39,071 nt of DNA, from contig DATLHD010000101.1 in assembly GCA_035540075.1 (NCBI GenBank), positions 1 to 39,071 of the forward strand, written 5' to 3'. The notes under the pieces were generated by a model that saw nothing but the letters and a program-made list of their open reading frames with translations, had not been told where the DNA came from and did not search any database. The stretch is from Gemmatimonadales bacterium (GTDB lineage: Bacteria; Gemmatimonadota; Gemmatimonadetes; Gemmatimonadales; GWC2-71-9). Made by a program: the position numbers and the translations under genes. Below, one piece after another: positions 10,579 to 19,155 of the stretch; position 1 is the first letter of the stretch, and every line of letters begins with the position of its first letter.

Positions 10579-11953
10579 GCGGCATCGCCTCGAGCCGGTA
10601 CCGCGCCACCGCGTCCGCGAGCGGGGTAGACCGTCCCAGTGCCGCCAGGAGGGCCGCGCCGGTTTCGACCCCGGCACCCAGGGCGGTTCCGGTGGACCCG
10701 ATGGAAGGGAAGGTCCGGTAGTTCCCCGCGAACCACACGTTGCTCCAGCTGGTGCTGCGGATCGGCGGGTTCCGGTAGTGACGGACGAAGACCGGCGAGT
10801 ACATGGGCACGCGGGTCACCCTGGTCCAGAGCGGATCCAGGTCGCCGCCGAACACCGCCGAGAAGTCCGCCCGATACCGAGCCATCAGGCCCTCCTCGCT
10901 CTCGTGAAACAGAGGCCGATCCCGGCTTCGCAGATGGGTCACGAAGTTGACGCAGGCATCGCCCGGTCGCCCGATCGTGGGGTTGAGCTCGCTCAGCAGA
11001 AAGATCGCGCCGGCCGTCCGCTCCGGCGAGACCAGGTTGGTCCAATAGGCCCTTGGCGGTACCGGGCGGCGCGTGGCGCATACCACCGAGATCAGGGCGG
11101 AATACCGGATGTCGGGGAGCACCGGCGTGTCGTCGCCCACCACCAGCGTGCGATACACCTCGGTCGGGACGGTGCTGACGAATGCGTCCGCGTCGAGCAG
11201 CCGCCCATCGCTCAGCTCCGCCGCGGAGATCCTGCCCTCCGCCACCCGCAGGCACGTCACATCCGTCCGGAGCAGCACCCTCACGCCCGTGTCCGCCAGC
11301 AGGCGCGCCAGCCCGTCGCAGAGCACCTTGGTCCAGTTTGCGCCCGGAATGTAGCCCAGCGGAGCCGAGCCTTCCCGGAAGTGGAGTCTCGCGCCCAGCC
11401 AGGCCCCGCTCACCTCGCTGCAGGGAAGCTCGAACTTGAGACGGGTGAGGTCTTCGAAGAGCCCCATTCTCACTCCCGGTCCCCCGAGCTCGTTCACCAG
11501 CTCGGCGGCGCTGCGGTCCTGCCAGGCGGACCAGTCCTTGCGCGTGAACGCCGTGAGCATGAGCCGGGTGAAGCGGAGCTTGTCGGACATGCGCATGGGA
11601 AAGCGGAGAAATCCCCCTGGGGTGCCCAGCTCGTAGAGCTCGCCGCCTCGCTCGAAGCGCATTCTGATTCGACGCCAGCGCACCCGCGGCAGGGCGCCGA
11701 TCCGGTCGAGGAAGTACAGCAGGCGGCGGTCGCGGTGCAGGATGTGGTGGTAGCCCAGGGGATAGAAGTGCCCGTCCTGCTCGAGACTCCCGGCGAGCCC
11801 TCCGAGCGACGCGCCCCGCTCGACCACGGTCACCCGGAGCCCGGCCCCCGCCAGGGTCAAAGCCGCAGCGATGCCCGAAAGCCCGCCGCCCAGGACGACT
11901 GCCGAGGGCGATGGGGGGCTGGAGGATGTAGAATTGGCTGCCGATCCGGTCAC
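10571..11953 (-). CDS. FAD/NAD(P)-binding oxidoreductase (amine-oxidase / phytoene-desaturase / UGM-like superfamily)
   Basis: Dinucleotide fold VVLGGGLSGIAAALTLAGAGLRVTVVERGASLGGLAGS, then GYHHILH. Start uncertain. GTG 11953 was chosen because residues upstream look like antisense noise of the divergent GT-C gene. TTG 11965 is an alternative. Confidence 0.75.
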   Translation of the reverse strand: MTGSAANSTSSSPPSPSAVVLGGGLSGIAAALTLAGAGLRVTVVERGASLGGLAGSLEQDGHFYPLGYHHILHRDRRLLYFLDRIGALPRVRWRRIRMRFERGGELYELGTPGGFLRFPMRMSDKLRFTRLMLTAFTRKDWSAWQDRSAAELVNELGGPGVRMGLFEDLTRLKFELPCSEVSGAWLGARLHFREGSAPLGYIPGANWTKVLCDGLARLLADTGVRVLLRTDVTCLRVAEGRISAAELSDGRLLDADAFVSTVPTEVYRTLVVGDDTPVLPDIRYSALISVVCATRRPVPPRAYWTNLVSPERTAGAIFLLSELNPTIGRPGDACVNFVTHLRSRDRPLFHESEEGLMARYRADFSAVFGGDLDPLWTRVTRVPMYSPVFVRHYRNPPIRSTSWSNVWFAGNYRTFPSIGSTGTALGAGVETGAALLAALGRSTPLADAVARYRLEAMPRD

Positions 11954-12001
11954 CGTCGTCCTCAACGCTGGAGCCTGGTCCTGACCCGCTCGTCGTGGTC
12001 G

Positions 12002-13615
12002 TTGGTCCTGCTCGTGTGCGCGGCCATGATCCTTCGCATCGTGCTTGCGCTGCGGCCGGGCGTCTGGGGCGATGAGATCTTCTCGCTCGCCATGGCGACC
12101 GGGCACAGCCTCGAGCACCCCGCCGCGGAGGCTCGCCCAGCCCTGGGCGACTTCGTGCAGCCGCCGGCCGCGACAGCCTCGTCGTCCTTTCGTCGCTACG
12201 CCGAGCACGAGGATCCCGCGGTCGGTCCAGGCCGCGTGATACGCGCCGTCCGGCTGTCCGACACCAGTCCGCCGCTCTACTACCTGCTGCTGAGTGCCTG
12301 GACCAGGGTCACCGGTACCTCCGACCAGTCGCTGCGGTTCTTCTCCCTGTTCTGGGCTGCGCTCACGCTCCCATTCCTGTGGCGGCTCGGGCGCGACCTG
12401 GGCGACCGCGTCGTCGGCTGGACGGCGGTCGTGCTCTACGCCTGGTCACCGGTCAGCGTGTTCTATTCCATCGAGGGCCGCATGTACTCCATGGTATGGT
12501 GCCTCGCGACCGCGCTGGCCTGGCTGACGATCCGGCTCGCGAACCGCGGCTCGACCCTGCCCAGGACTGCGGCCTGGATCGGCGTCGCAGCTGCCGGACT
12601 GTACAGCCACTACTTCTTCGCCTTCGTCGTCCTGGCCTGCGGCCTGGGGCTGCTCCTATGGCCAGGCCGCCTCTCACGACTCGCGGCGATCGGTCTCGGA
12701 GTGATCACGGTGATCGCCGTGGCACCCTGGTACGGGCAAGTGCCCGCCTCGCTCGCGCGCTGGAGGATCACCGGCGCATGGCTCAACGAGCCTCTCCACT
12801 GGCCCGAGCTCGTCACTCGGCCCTTCGAGCTGGCGTGGAGCCTGCTCGCTGGCGGCAGCTACTGGGGCGGCTCCTCGGCGGCGGACGCGACACTCGCCGC
12901 GCTCTATGTCCTGCTGGCCCTCTGGCTGCTCCGCGGGGCGAAGCTGACAAGCCTCTTCTCGATCGACCGCCGGCTGATCTGGCTGTGGGTGGCGCTCGTG
13001 GTGCTCGGGCCCTACGCGCTCGACATCGTCCGCCACACCGGCGCTTCCCGCGTTCCGCGCTACGCCCTCGCCGCGCTGCCCGCCGCGATGCTCCTCGTCG
13101 CCTTCGCGGTTCGGCCGCTGTCCGATCGGACTCGTGCGGTGTTCATCGCCCTGGTTCTGGTGGGCTGGACCGCTGGGCTCGCGCCGATCGTTCGGCAGCG
13201 GCGCGCCGGCGCTGCCTACCCTGCACTCGCTTCGGAGTTGGAGCGCCGGATGGGGCCCGATGGCGTGATCCTGGTGCACTCGGTCCCCTCGGGCGTCATC
13301 GCGCTGAGCCGCGCGCTCACGCGGGAGCTGCCGTTCCTCGTCTGGATCGAGCCGCTTGGCCTCCGGAAGCCGGACGATCTGGGCGCGCTCCTCCAGGGCC
13401 GCCGCCAGGTCGCACTGATCCAGGTCCACAACATCGGCCTGGCCTCACCCGCTGAGCGCTGGCTCGACGAGCACGGTCGTCTCACCGACCGGCGGATCTA
13501 CGACGGCAGCACCGACGCCCTGACGTCTGTGCGGGATGCCCCCTCCGACCACCAGTCGGTGGAAATTTCCTACTTCGAGCCGACCGACGGCGGCACGTTT
13601 ACCTCTCGGCGATAG
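12002..13615 (+). CDS. GT-C fold membrane glycosyltransferase (ArnT/PMT_2, GT39/GT83-like)
   Basis: GVWGDEIFSLAMA (DE motif after TM1), SPPLYYLLLSAW, and at least 10 hydrophobic segments followed by a soluble C-terminal domain. TTG 12002 gives a full-length first TM helix. ATG 12026 is the alternative. The 5' 1.4 kb of the 1020-aa track ORF is antisense to the flavoenzyme gene and was rejected. Confidence 0.8.
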   Translation: MVLLVCAAMILRIVLALRPGVWGDEIFSLAMATGHSLEHPAAEARPALGDFVQPPAATASSSFRRYAEHEDPAVGPGRVIRAVRLSDTSPPLYYLLLSAWTRVTGTSDQSLRFFSLFWAALTLPFLWRLGRDLGDRVVGWTAVVLYAWSPVSVFYSIEGRMYSMVWCLATALAWLTIRLANRGSTLPRTAAWIGVAAAGLYSHYFFAFVVLACGLGLLLWPGRLSRLAAIGLGVITVIAVAPWYGQVPASLARWRITGAWLNEPLHWPELVTRPFELAWSLLAGGSYWGGSSAADATLAALYVLLALWLLRGAKLTSLFSIDRRLIWLWVALVVLGPYALDIVRHTGASRVPRYALAALPAAMLLVAFAVRPLSDRTRAVFIALVLVGWTAGLAPIVRQRRAGAAYPALASELERRMGPDGVILVHSVPSGVIALSRALTRELPFLVWIEPLGLRKPDDLGALLQGRRQVALIQVHNIGLASPAERWLDEHGRLTDRRIYDGSTDALTSVRDAPSDHQSVEISYFEPTDGGTFTSRR

Positions 13616-15267
13616 ATCCGCGGGCCGCTGTCGCTGGTGGCGTAGATCATCGGCCACTCGGCGGCCGCGGCGCGGGGCACCGGTGCGGCATACCGTCGCG
13701 CCACGTCCAGAAAACTGAGCTGGTCCACCACCAGATAGGTCACCGGCACTCGGGCCAACAGCTCCGCCGCCCGGGTCGAGTCGATCTCGTAGGGTGGCAT
13801 GACCGCACGCATTCCGGTGCGGAGATAGGCGAGGTGGGGTGTCGTGGTGGCGATGATCCCCTGATGCTCCTGCTGCGCCAGCCAGTCCAGCCCGTCGTCG
13901 TGCAGCCGCCAGGTCAGGTCATAGAAGAAAAGCCGGAAGTGATGGACCCTGCCACTCGCGTCGGTCATCACCGCGGGTTGGTGATGCTTGGTGAACACTT
14001 TGTAGACGGTGTATACCTCCTGCACCAGCACGAACGCGATCATCGCCTGGCCAGTGAAAGACGCGGCGCGCCAACCGCGAGCGCCGGAGCGGCCAGCGTG
14101 CGCGGAGATGGTGGCCGGCACCAAGACCATCGCGAGCGCAAGGATCGGAGCCAGAGGTACCAGGTACCGTCGGAACTGTCCGGGCCAGGGCGTGACCACG
14201 ATCAGTGCGATCGAGCCCACCACGTAGATGACTGGCAGCCATTGTCCCCTCCTCGCGAGCAGCACCAGACCGCCGATCACCATGGCGCTCAACAGTCCCA
14301 GTGTCGCGGGGATCGTCCAGTCCGTGGGAGCCAGGGCGGGCAATCGGTCACGCAGCCGCTTCACCTCCCCGATGAGCCAACCGCGCTCCAGGGTAGCCGC
14401 TTCGCCCACCGCCGTGGGGATTGCCTGCAGGTTCGTCCCGAGCCGCTGCGCGAGGTCACGCTTGCCGGCCAGGCCGAGCTCGGGGCGGAACGGGTCCACG
14501 TAGGACATGTTCTCCACGTAGCCGACGTTGTAGAACTGGTAGGCGGCCCGTTGATAGGGGTACGCCGGGCTGGAGAACTCGGCGCCTGCTTTGACGTGAT
14601 GGACGTACACCTGCCAGCCGCCGACGGCGGCCACGGCAACGAAGAGGCGGACTGCCGCCTCGCGCCACCGCTGGTGCAGCAGGCTCTGCGCCGCCCACGC
14701 GCCGAGCAGCGCCACCCCCGCGGTGCGCAACCCGAACGCGAGGACGGCGAGGGCTCCCGCCACGAATCCCACGGGTGCCACGAAAAAGAACAGGGACACC
14801 GCGGCATAGGGCAGGTCGGCCGAGAAGTAATCCGAGAGGAAGAGCACCTGGACGTTGAGGATCGCGAGCAGCGCGACCGCGAAGGCGAATCCCGGCGACA
14901 AGTGTCGTCGTGCCAGTGCGAACGAGGAGAAGGCATATCCGAGAAACAGGAGCGCCATGGTGAGCCGGAGCGCGTGCCCCACCACGACCGGATCGCTGGT
15001 GCCGAGGACCAGCTGGTGCAGGGCGGCGACGGCGGGGAGCGCCGGCGGGTACTGGATCGCCTCGATGGCGCCGGGCTCGTTGAGCAGGCGATAGCCGTGC
15101 CCCTCGGCCAGGGATCGGCCGAGGATGTAGTAGACGCCGGCGTCGTAGCGGAGGTCGAGCGGCCCCCGGAGCCGCGGCGCCCAGAGCGCCGCCGCTAGGA
15201 GCACGATCAGTGCGGCCAGCCGCAGCTCGATTGTGCTCCAGGAGCGGCTCGCCGCCGGCTCCGTCAT
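13570..15267 (-). CDS. GT-C-like polytopic membrane protein (putative lipid-linked-sugar-dependent glycosyltransferase)
   Basis: 565 aa from ATG 15267. TM1 is followed by LRYDAGVYYILGRSLAEGHGY, an Asp-containing first-loop motif typical of GT-C enzymes. There are many TM segments and a soluble C-terminal domain. ATGA overlap with the upstream GT2 gene at 15264-15267. Confidence 0.7.
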   Translation of the reverse strand: MTEPAASRSWSTIELRLAALIVLLAAALWAPRLRGPLDLRYDAGVYYILGRSLAEGHGYRLLNEPGAIEAIQYPPALPAVAALHQLVLGTSDPVVVGHALRLTMALLFLGYAFSSFALARRHLSPGFAFAVALLAILNVQVLFLSDYFSADLPYAAVSLFFFVAPVGFVAGALAVLAFGLRTAGVALLGAWAAQSLLHQRWREAAVRLFVAVAAVGGWQVYVHHVKAGAEFSSPAYPYQRAAYQFYNVGYVENMSYVDPFRPELGLAGKRDLAQRLGTNLQAIPTAVGEAATLERGWLIGEVKRLRDRLPALAPTDWTIPATLGLLSAMVIGGLVLLARRGQWLPVIYVVGSIALIVVTPWPGQFRRYLVPLAPILALAMVLVPATISAHAGRSGARGWRAASFTGQAMIAFVLVQEVYTVYKVFTKHHQPAVMTDASGRVHHFRLFFYDLTWRLHDDGLDWLAQQEHQGIIATTTPHLAYLRTGMRAVMPPYEIDSTRAAELLARVPVTYLVVDQLSFLDVARRYAAPVPRAAAAEWPMIYATSDSGPRIYRREVNVPPSVGSK

Positions 15268-16427
15268 CGCTGTCCCTCGGGCCGCCTCATGGACATGGCC
15301 GAGATGAACAACGAGGAGAACACCGTGCTCAGTCCGAGGATGGTCAGCGTGGCGCCGAAGGAGGCCCACTCCGGGTGCGGCAGCGGGAGCAGGTCGGACT
15401 TGACCCATTCCACGACGATCGTCGCCAGGATGGCGAGGCCCGCCAACGCCAGCCCCAGGCCCGCCAGGAGTCCGGTCTCTAGCGTGAACCGGCCGTAGAA
15501 CCCGCTCAGGAAGCGATTGTCGTGGTCGAAGCGCCGGCTCCAGGAGTACGTCTTCGCGTGGAGCCCGAGACTGAGGATCTCGAACCCGACCACGCTGAGA
15601 ACGGTGGCGAAGACGGCGGTGACACCGGCCGCCGGACGCCCTCCGAACCGCACCAGGCCCAGGAGCACGGCGACGTGGAGCAGGAGGCCCAGGGACAGGA
15701 GCACCGAGCCGGGGACGAGGAAGAGCTGGTTCGGCGAGTAGAGCAGCATCATCCGCAGGCTCCGCCAGCCGTCCCGAAACGTGCGAAGCTTCGACTCTCC
15801 CTTTCGGGGCGCGAGTACGATCGGGATCTCGGCCGTCTTGAGTCCGGCGAGTCCGGCGTTGATGGCGAGCTCCAGATTGAACTCCATGCCCGGGCTCACC
15901 GGCCGGATCCGCTCGTACGCTTCCCGCGAGAACGCCCGGAAGCCGCAGTACACGTCGGTGTAGCGCGTGCCGAAGAGTACGTTGAGGATGCGGGTGAGCG
16001 CCGGGTTGCCGAACCAGCGGTGAAGGCCCGTGATGTTGCCGTCGCCACCCCCGAGGTAGCGGCTCCCGGTCACGAAGGCGTTGCCACCTTCCCGCAGCAC
16101 CTTCAGGAACTCCGGAATCAGGGTGAAGTCGTAGGTGTCGTCGGCATCGCCCATGACGAGGTAGCGGCCGCGCGCGCTGTCGAAGCCCTTCAGGTAGGCG
16201 TTGCCGTACCCCCGCTCGGGCTGGTGCACCACCCGCGCGCCCATCGCCTCGGCGATGGCGACCGAGCGGTCGGTGGAACCGTTGTCGCACACGACGATCT
16301 CCCCGTCCAAGCCGGCCTGGTCGAAGGTCCGCCTGATTTTCTCGATGCAGGCGCCGATCGCCGCCTCTTCGTTGAGGCAGGGCATCACCACGGAGACCTC
16401 GGGGGCGGCCGCACCGGCGTGACTCAT
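15264..16427 (-). CDS. GT2 polyprenyl-phosphate glycosyltransferase (GtrB/ArnC/DPM1-like) with C-terminal TM helices
   Basis: VSVVMPCLNEE, VVCDNGSTDRS, GDADDTYDF (DxD), then four hydrophobic segments at the C-terminus. ATG 16427 overlaps the upstream stop (ATGA). Confidence 0.85.
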   Translation of the reverse strand: MSHAGAAAPEVSVVMPCLNEEAAIGACIEKIRRTFDQAGLDGEIVVCDNGSTDRSVAIAEAMGARVVHQPERGYGNAYLKGFDSARGRYLVMGDADDTYDFTLIPEFLKVLREGGNAFVTGSRYLGGGDGNITGLHRWFGNPALTRILNVLFGTRYTDVYCGFRAFSREAYERIRPVSPGMEFNLELAINAGLAGLKTAEIPIVLAPRKGESKLRTFRDGWRSLRMMLLYSPNQLFLVPGSVLLSLGLLLHVAVLLGLVRFGGRPAAGVTAVFATVLSVVGFEILSLGLHAKTYSWSRRFDHDNRFLSGFYGRFTLETGLLAGLGLALAGLAILATIVVEWVKSDLLPLPHPEWASFGATLTILGLSTVFSSLFISAMSMRRPEGQR

Positions 16428-17638
16428 GTGCGGGTCTCCGACTGCAGGGGGAGCGCGGCAAGGCGGGTCGCCACCCGCTTGGACACGGGGTAGCGGGTGA
16501 GTCCGACGATGCACCCGCGCAGCTCGGCCAGGCCGAGCCGGCACAGCGCGCCCGAGGGGCTCGCCTTGGGCCACAGCATGCGGAAGGCGGTCTTGGCCCA
16601 CCACCAGCCGGCCAGCCGGGCGAACGCCAGCCGTTCGTCGGGGTATCTCAAGGCGTTGCGAACGATGTAGGCGGAGAAGCTGACGCCGTGGTCCGCGATC
16701 TGACTCCGCAGCCCCTCCATCGAGCGTCGGTGGCGGTGGCGGACGATGGCCCGCGGCTCGTACACCAGCACGTGGCCCTCCTTCAGCACCCGGAAGAACA
16801 TATCCAGGTCACCTCCACCGCGCGTCGGCGTGCCGACGTCGAGGGCCGGATCGAAGGCGCCGATGCGAGTGAACAGCGAGCGGCGGAAGGCCATGTTGGC
16901 GCCGGTGCCGTAGTCGCCGGCGGCACCGTAGCGACTCGCCAGCGGCCCGGCGCCCTCGGGCGCGACCCGGCGGGGTGTAAACCCACGAGCGAAGCTGCGG
17001 TAGCGCTCGAAGAGCACCTGCGCCTCGGTCTGGAGCTCGGCCGGGAGCACCAGCCCGGTCACGGCGGCAACCGCCTCATCGGTGCCGAACGCGGCTGCCA
17101 GCGCGTGGAGCCACCCCGGATCCACCGTGACGTCGTCGTCGGCGAAGGCGACGACTTCCCCGGTGGCCTCCGCGATCGCGCGGTTGCGGGCCCAGTCGAG
17201 CCCAGGTCTCGGCTCGCGGACGTAACGCACGCGGCCGCCTCGGCGCTCGACCAGCAGACGGGTCGCGTCGCTGGCCGGGGCGTTGTCCACCACCACGATC
17301 TCGAAATCCTCGTAGTCCACCCTGTCGAGCGAGTCGAGGCAGATCGCGAGGTCCTCGGTCCGGTCCCGGGTACAGATCGCGACGGTCACGCTGAGCCCGG
17401 GCGCCGGCGCCGCGGTCCTCGGCGGCGGAAAGGTGAGCCGGTCGAGGACCGCGCGGATCATCGCCGACGAGCATTGCCCGTCGGTCACCGGGAGACGCAC
17501 CCAGCCCACCGGCTCTCCGTCTCGGCAGACCAGCGCCTCCACGGCGACCGCGTCGCCGAGCCGCTCGAGAGACTCGGGGACGCGCCGGAGGTCGATCTCG
17601 GCCAGCGCCACCGGCGCCAGGCGTCTACTCCTGCTCAC
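16424..17638 (-). CDS. GT2 glycosyltransferase with roughly 90-aa N-terminal extension
   Basis: VAICTRDR, VVVDNAPASD, PGLDWARNRA, AFADDDV, GGGDLDMFFR. Start uncertain: GTG 17638 gives a 14-nt overlap with wzt, while GTG 17611 lies 13 nt after the wzt stop. Confidence 0.8.
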   Translation of the reverse strand: MSRSRRLAPVALAEIDLRRVPESLERLGDAVAVEALVCRDGEPVGWVRLPVTDGQCSSAMIRAVLDRLTFPPPRTAAPAPGLSVTVAICTRDRTEDLAICLDSLDRVDYEDFEIVVVDNAPASDATRLLVERRGGRVRYVREPRPGLDWARNRAIAEATGEVVAFADDDVTVDPGWLHALAAAFGTDEAVAAVTGLVLPAELQTEAQVLFERYRSFARGFTPRRVAPEGAGPLASRYGAAGDYGTGANMAFRRSLFTRIGAFDPALDVGTPTRGGGDLDMFFRVLKEGHVLVYEPRAIVRHRHRRSMEGLRSQIADHGVSFSAYIVRNALRYPDERLAFARLAGWWWAKTAFRMLWPKASPSGALCRLGLAELRGCIVGLTRYPVSKRVATRLAALPLQSETRT

Positions 17639-18413
17639 GGTACCTCTCGAGCACCATGTCGATCGGCCCATCCATCAGGATCCGACCTTGGTCCAGCCAG
17701 ACGGCCCGGGTGCACAGCTCCCGCAGCTGCTCCAACTCGTGCGAGACGAGGACCAGCGTGCCGCCCCGGGCGTGATACTGCCGCAGGCGCTGGAGACAGC
17801 GCTCCCGGAACGCCTGGTCACCGACGGCGAGCACCTCGTCCAGCAGGAGGATGTCGGGCTGCAGGCAGACCGCGACGGAGAAGGCGAGCCGGGCCTCCAT
17901 GCCCGAGGAGTAGTACTTGAGCGGCGTGTCGGGCAGATCGGGGATGGCCGCGAACTCGACGATCTCTTCGTAGTGTTCCGCCAGCTCCCTGCGGGTGAGG
18001 CCAAGCACCGCGGCGTACAGCGCGATGTTCTCCGCTCCGGTCAGCTCGGGATGGAAGCCGGCGCCGAGCTCGATCACGGCCGTGATGCGCCCCTCTGTGC
18101 GGACGGTGCCGCTCGAAGTCTGGTAGATCCCCGCGATCAGGCGGAGAACCGTGCTCTTGCCGCTGCCGTTGCGACCCAGCAGGGCGACCGCTTCCCCGCG
18201 GCCGACCGTCAGGTCGACGTCGTGCAGGGTGAACGCCGCGCGCCCGACGTGGATCGGGCGCCGCAGGACGCGGCGGATGAACCACTCCCTCAGCGAGCTG
18301 GTGCGGTGCTCGTAGAAGTAGAAGCGCTTCGAGACTCCTCGAAGCACGACCGCCGGCACCGCCGGCTCAGACGATCTCGGGGAAGATCGCGGCGTAGCGA
18401 CGGAAGAGAGCAT
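17625..18413 (-). CDS. wzt: ABC transporter ATP-binding protein, polysaccharide/teichoic-acid export type (Wzt/TagH-like, no C-terminal carbohydrate-binding domain)
   Basis: Walker A GRNGSGKST, signature YSSGMEARL, Walker B LLLDEVLAVGD, H-loop LVLVSHE. An alternative start at GTG 18359 lies just after the permease stop. Confidence 0.9.
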   Translation of the reverse strand: MLSSVATPRSSPRSSEPAVPAVVLRGVSKRFYFYEHRTSSLREWFIRRVLRRPIHVGRAAFTLHDVDLTVGRGEAVALLGRNGSGKSTVLRLIAGIYQTSSGTVRTEGRITAVIELGAGFHPELTGAENIALYAAVLGLTRRELAEHYEEIVEFAAIPDLPDTPLKYYSSGMEARLAFSVAVCLQPDILLLDEVLAVGDQAFRERCLQRLRQYHARGGTLVLVSHELEQLRELCTRAVWLDQGRILMDGPIDMVLERYREQE

Positions 18414-19155
18414 ATCCGGCCAGGAAGCTCGTGACGGCGGCCAACAGCATCCCGCCGAGGAGCTCGGGCGAAGGCATCCGGCCCCAATAGAGGACGTCGT
18501 GGTACAGCGTCAGCAGCCCCGCGATGGGGTTGAGGAAGTACAGGTCCCGCGCGGCGGCGGGGACCATCTCGGCCGGATAGAACACCGGCGAGAGATAAAA
18601 CAGCGTCGTGAGCGCGATGGGAAGCGCGTGGTGGACGTCGTAGTAGAAGACCGAGAGCGTCGCGATCGGCAGGGCCAGGCCGATCACCAGGAGCAGCTGG
18701 ATCAGGAGCAGGACCGGCAGCACGAGATAGCTCTCGGGCACCACGTGATGGTGGAAGATCGCCAGCACGGCGAGGACCAGGGCCACCTCCACCGCGAACT
18801 CGATCAGCCTCGAGCCGGCGGCGCCGAAGACGAGGATCTCGCTGGGGAACGCGACACTCCGGGTCAGCCGCGAGTGCTCGGCAAAGATGTAGGTGCCGGT
18901 GTTGAGCGTCTGGAGCATGAAGTTCCAGACGAAGTAGCCGCTCAGCAGGAAGGCCCAATAGTGGGGGAGCGGGATCCGAACCACGTGGCTGAACACCACG
19001 CCGAGGACCGCCACGGTGAAGAGCGGGTTCACCAGCGTCCAGACGAAGCCGAGCAGCGAGCGCTGGTACTTCACCTTGAGGTTGCGCACCACGAGGCTGT
19101 GGAGCAGCTCCCGGTAGCGCCAGACGCCTCTCATGCGACCGACCGCGCCGATCAT
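18367..19155 (-). CDS. wzm: ABC-2 type polysaccharide export permease (Wzm-like)
   Basis: 262 aa from ATG 19155. YRELLHSLVVRNLKVKYQRSLLGFVWTLVNP is the typical ABC-2 N-terminus, followed by six hydrophobic segments. ATGA overlap with the upstream GT2 gene. Confidence 0.9.
   Translation of the reverse strand: MIGAVGRMRGVWRYRELLHSLVVRNLKVKYQRSLLGFVWTLVNPLFTVAVLGVVFSHVVRIPLPHYWAFLLSGYFVWNFMLQTLNTGTYIFAEHSRLTRSVAFPSEILVFGAAGSRLIEFAVEVALVLAVLAIFHHHVVPESYLVLPVLLLIQLLLVIGLALPIATLSVFYYDVHHALPIALTTLFYLSPVFYPAEMVPAAARDLYFLNPIAGLLTLYHDVLYWGRMPSPELLGGMLLAAVTSFLAGYALFRRYAAIFPEIV

Noticed and set aside
10553-12001. First ~480 codons of the 1020-aa plus-strand ORF
   Set aside because: This part is antisense to the flavoenzyme gene and reads as Arg/Pro/Gly-rich noise. 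The recognisable GT-C protein begins only at 12002/12026.
15268-16461. N-terminal ~400 codons of the 963-aa minus-strand ORF
   Set aside because: It is an alternate frame of the GT2 gene at 15264-16427, which has clear DxD and Rossmann-like motifs. The real GT-C protein starts at ATG 15267 with an ATGA junction.
13834-17920. Large plus-strand ORFs 13834-15198, 15522-16493 and 16688-17920
   Set aside because: All are antisense to motif-bearing minus-strand genes. Their translations are His/Arg/Gly/Asp-rich without motifs.
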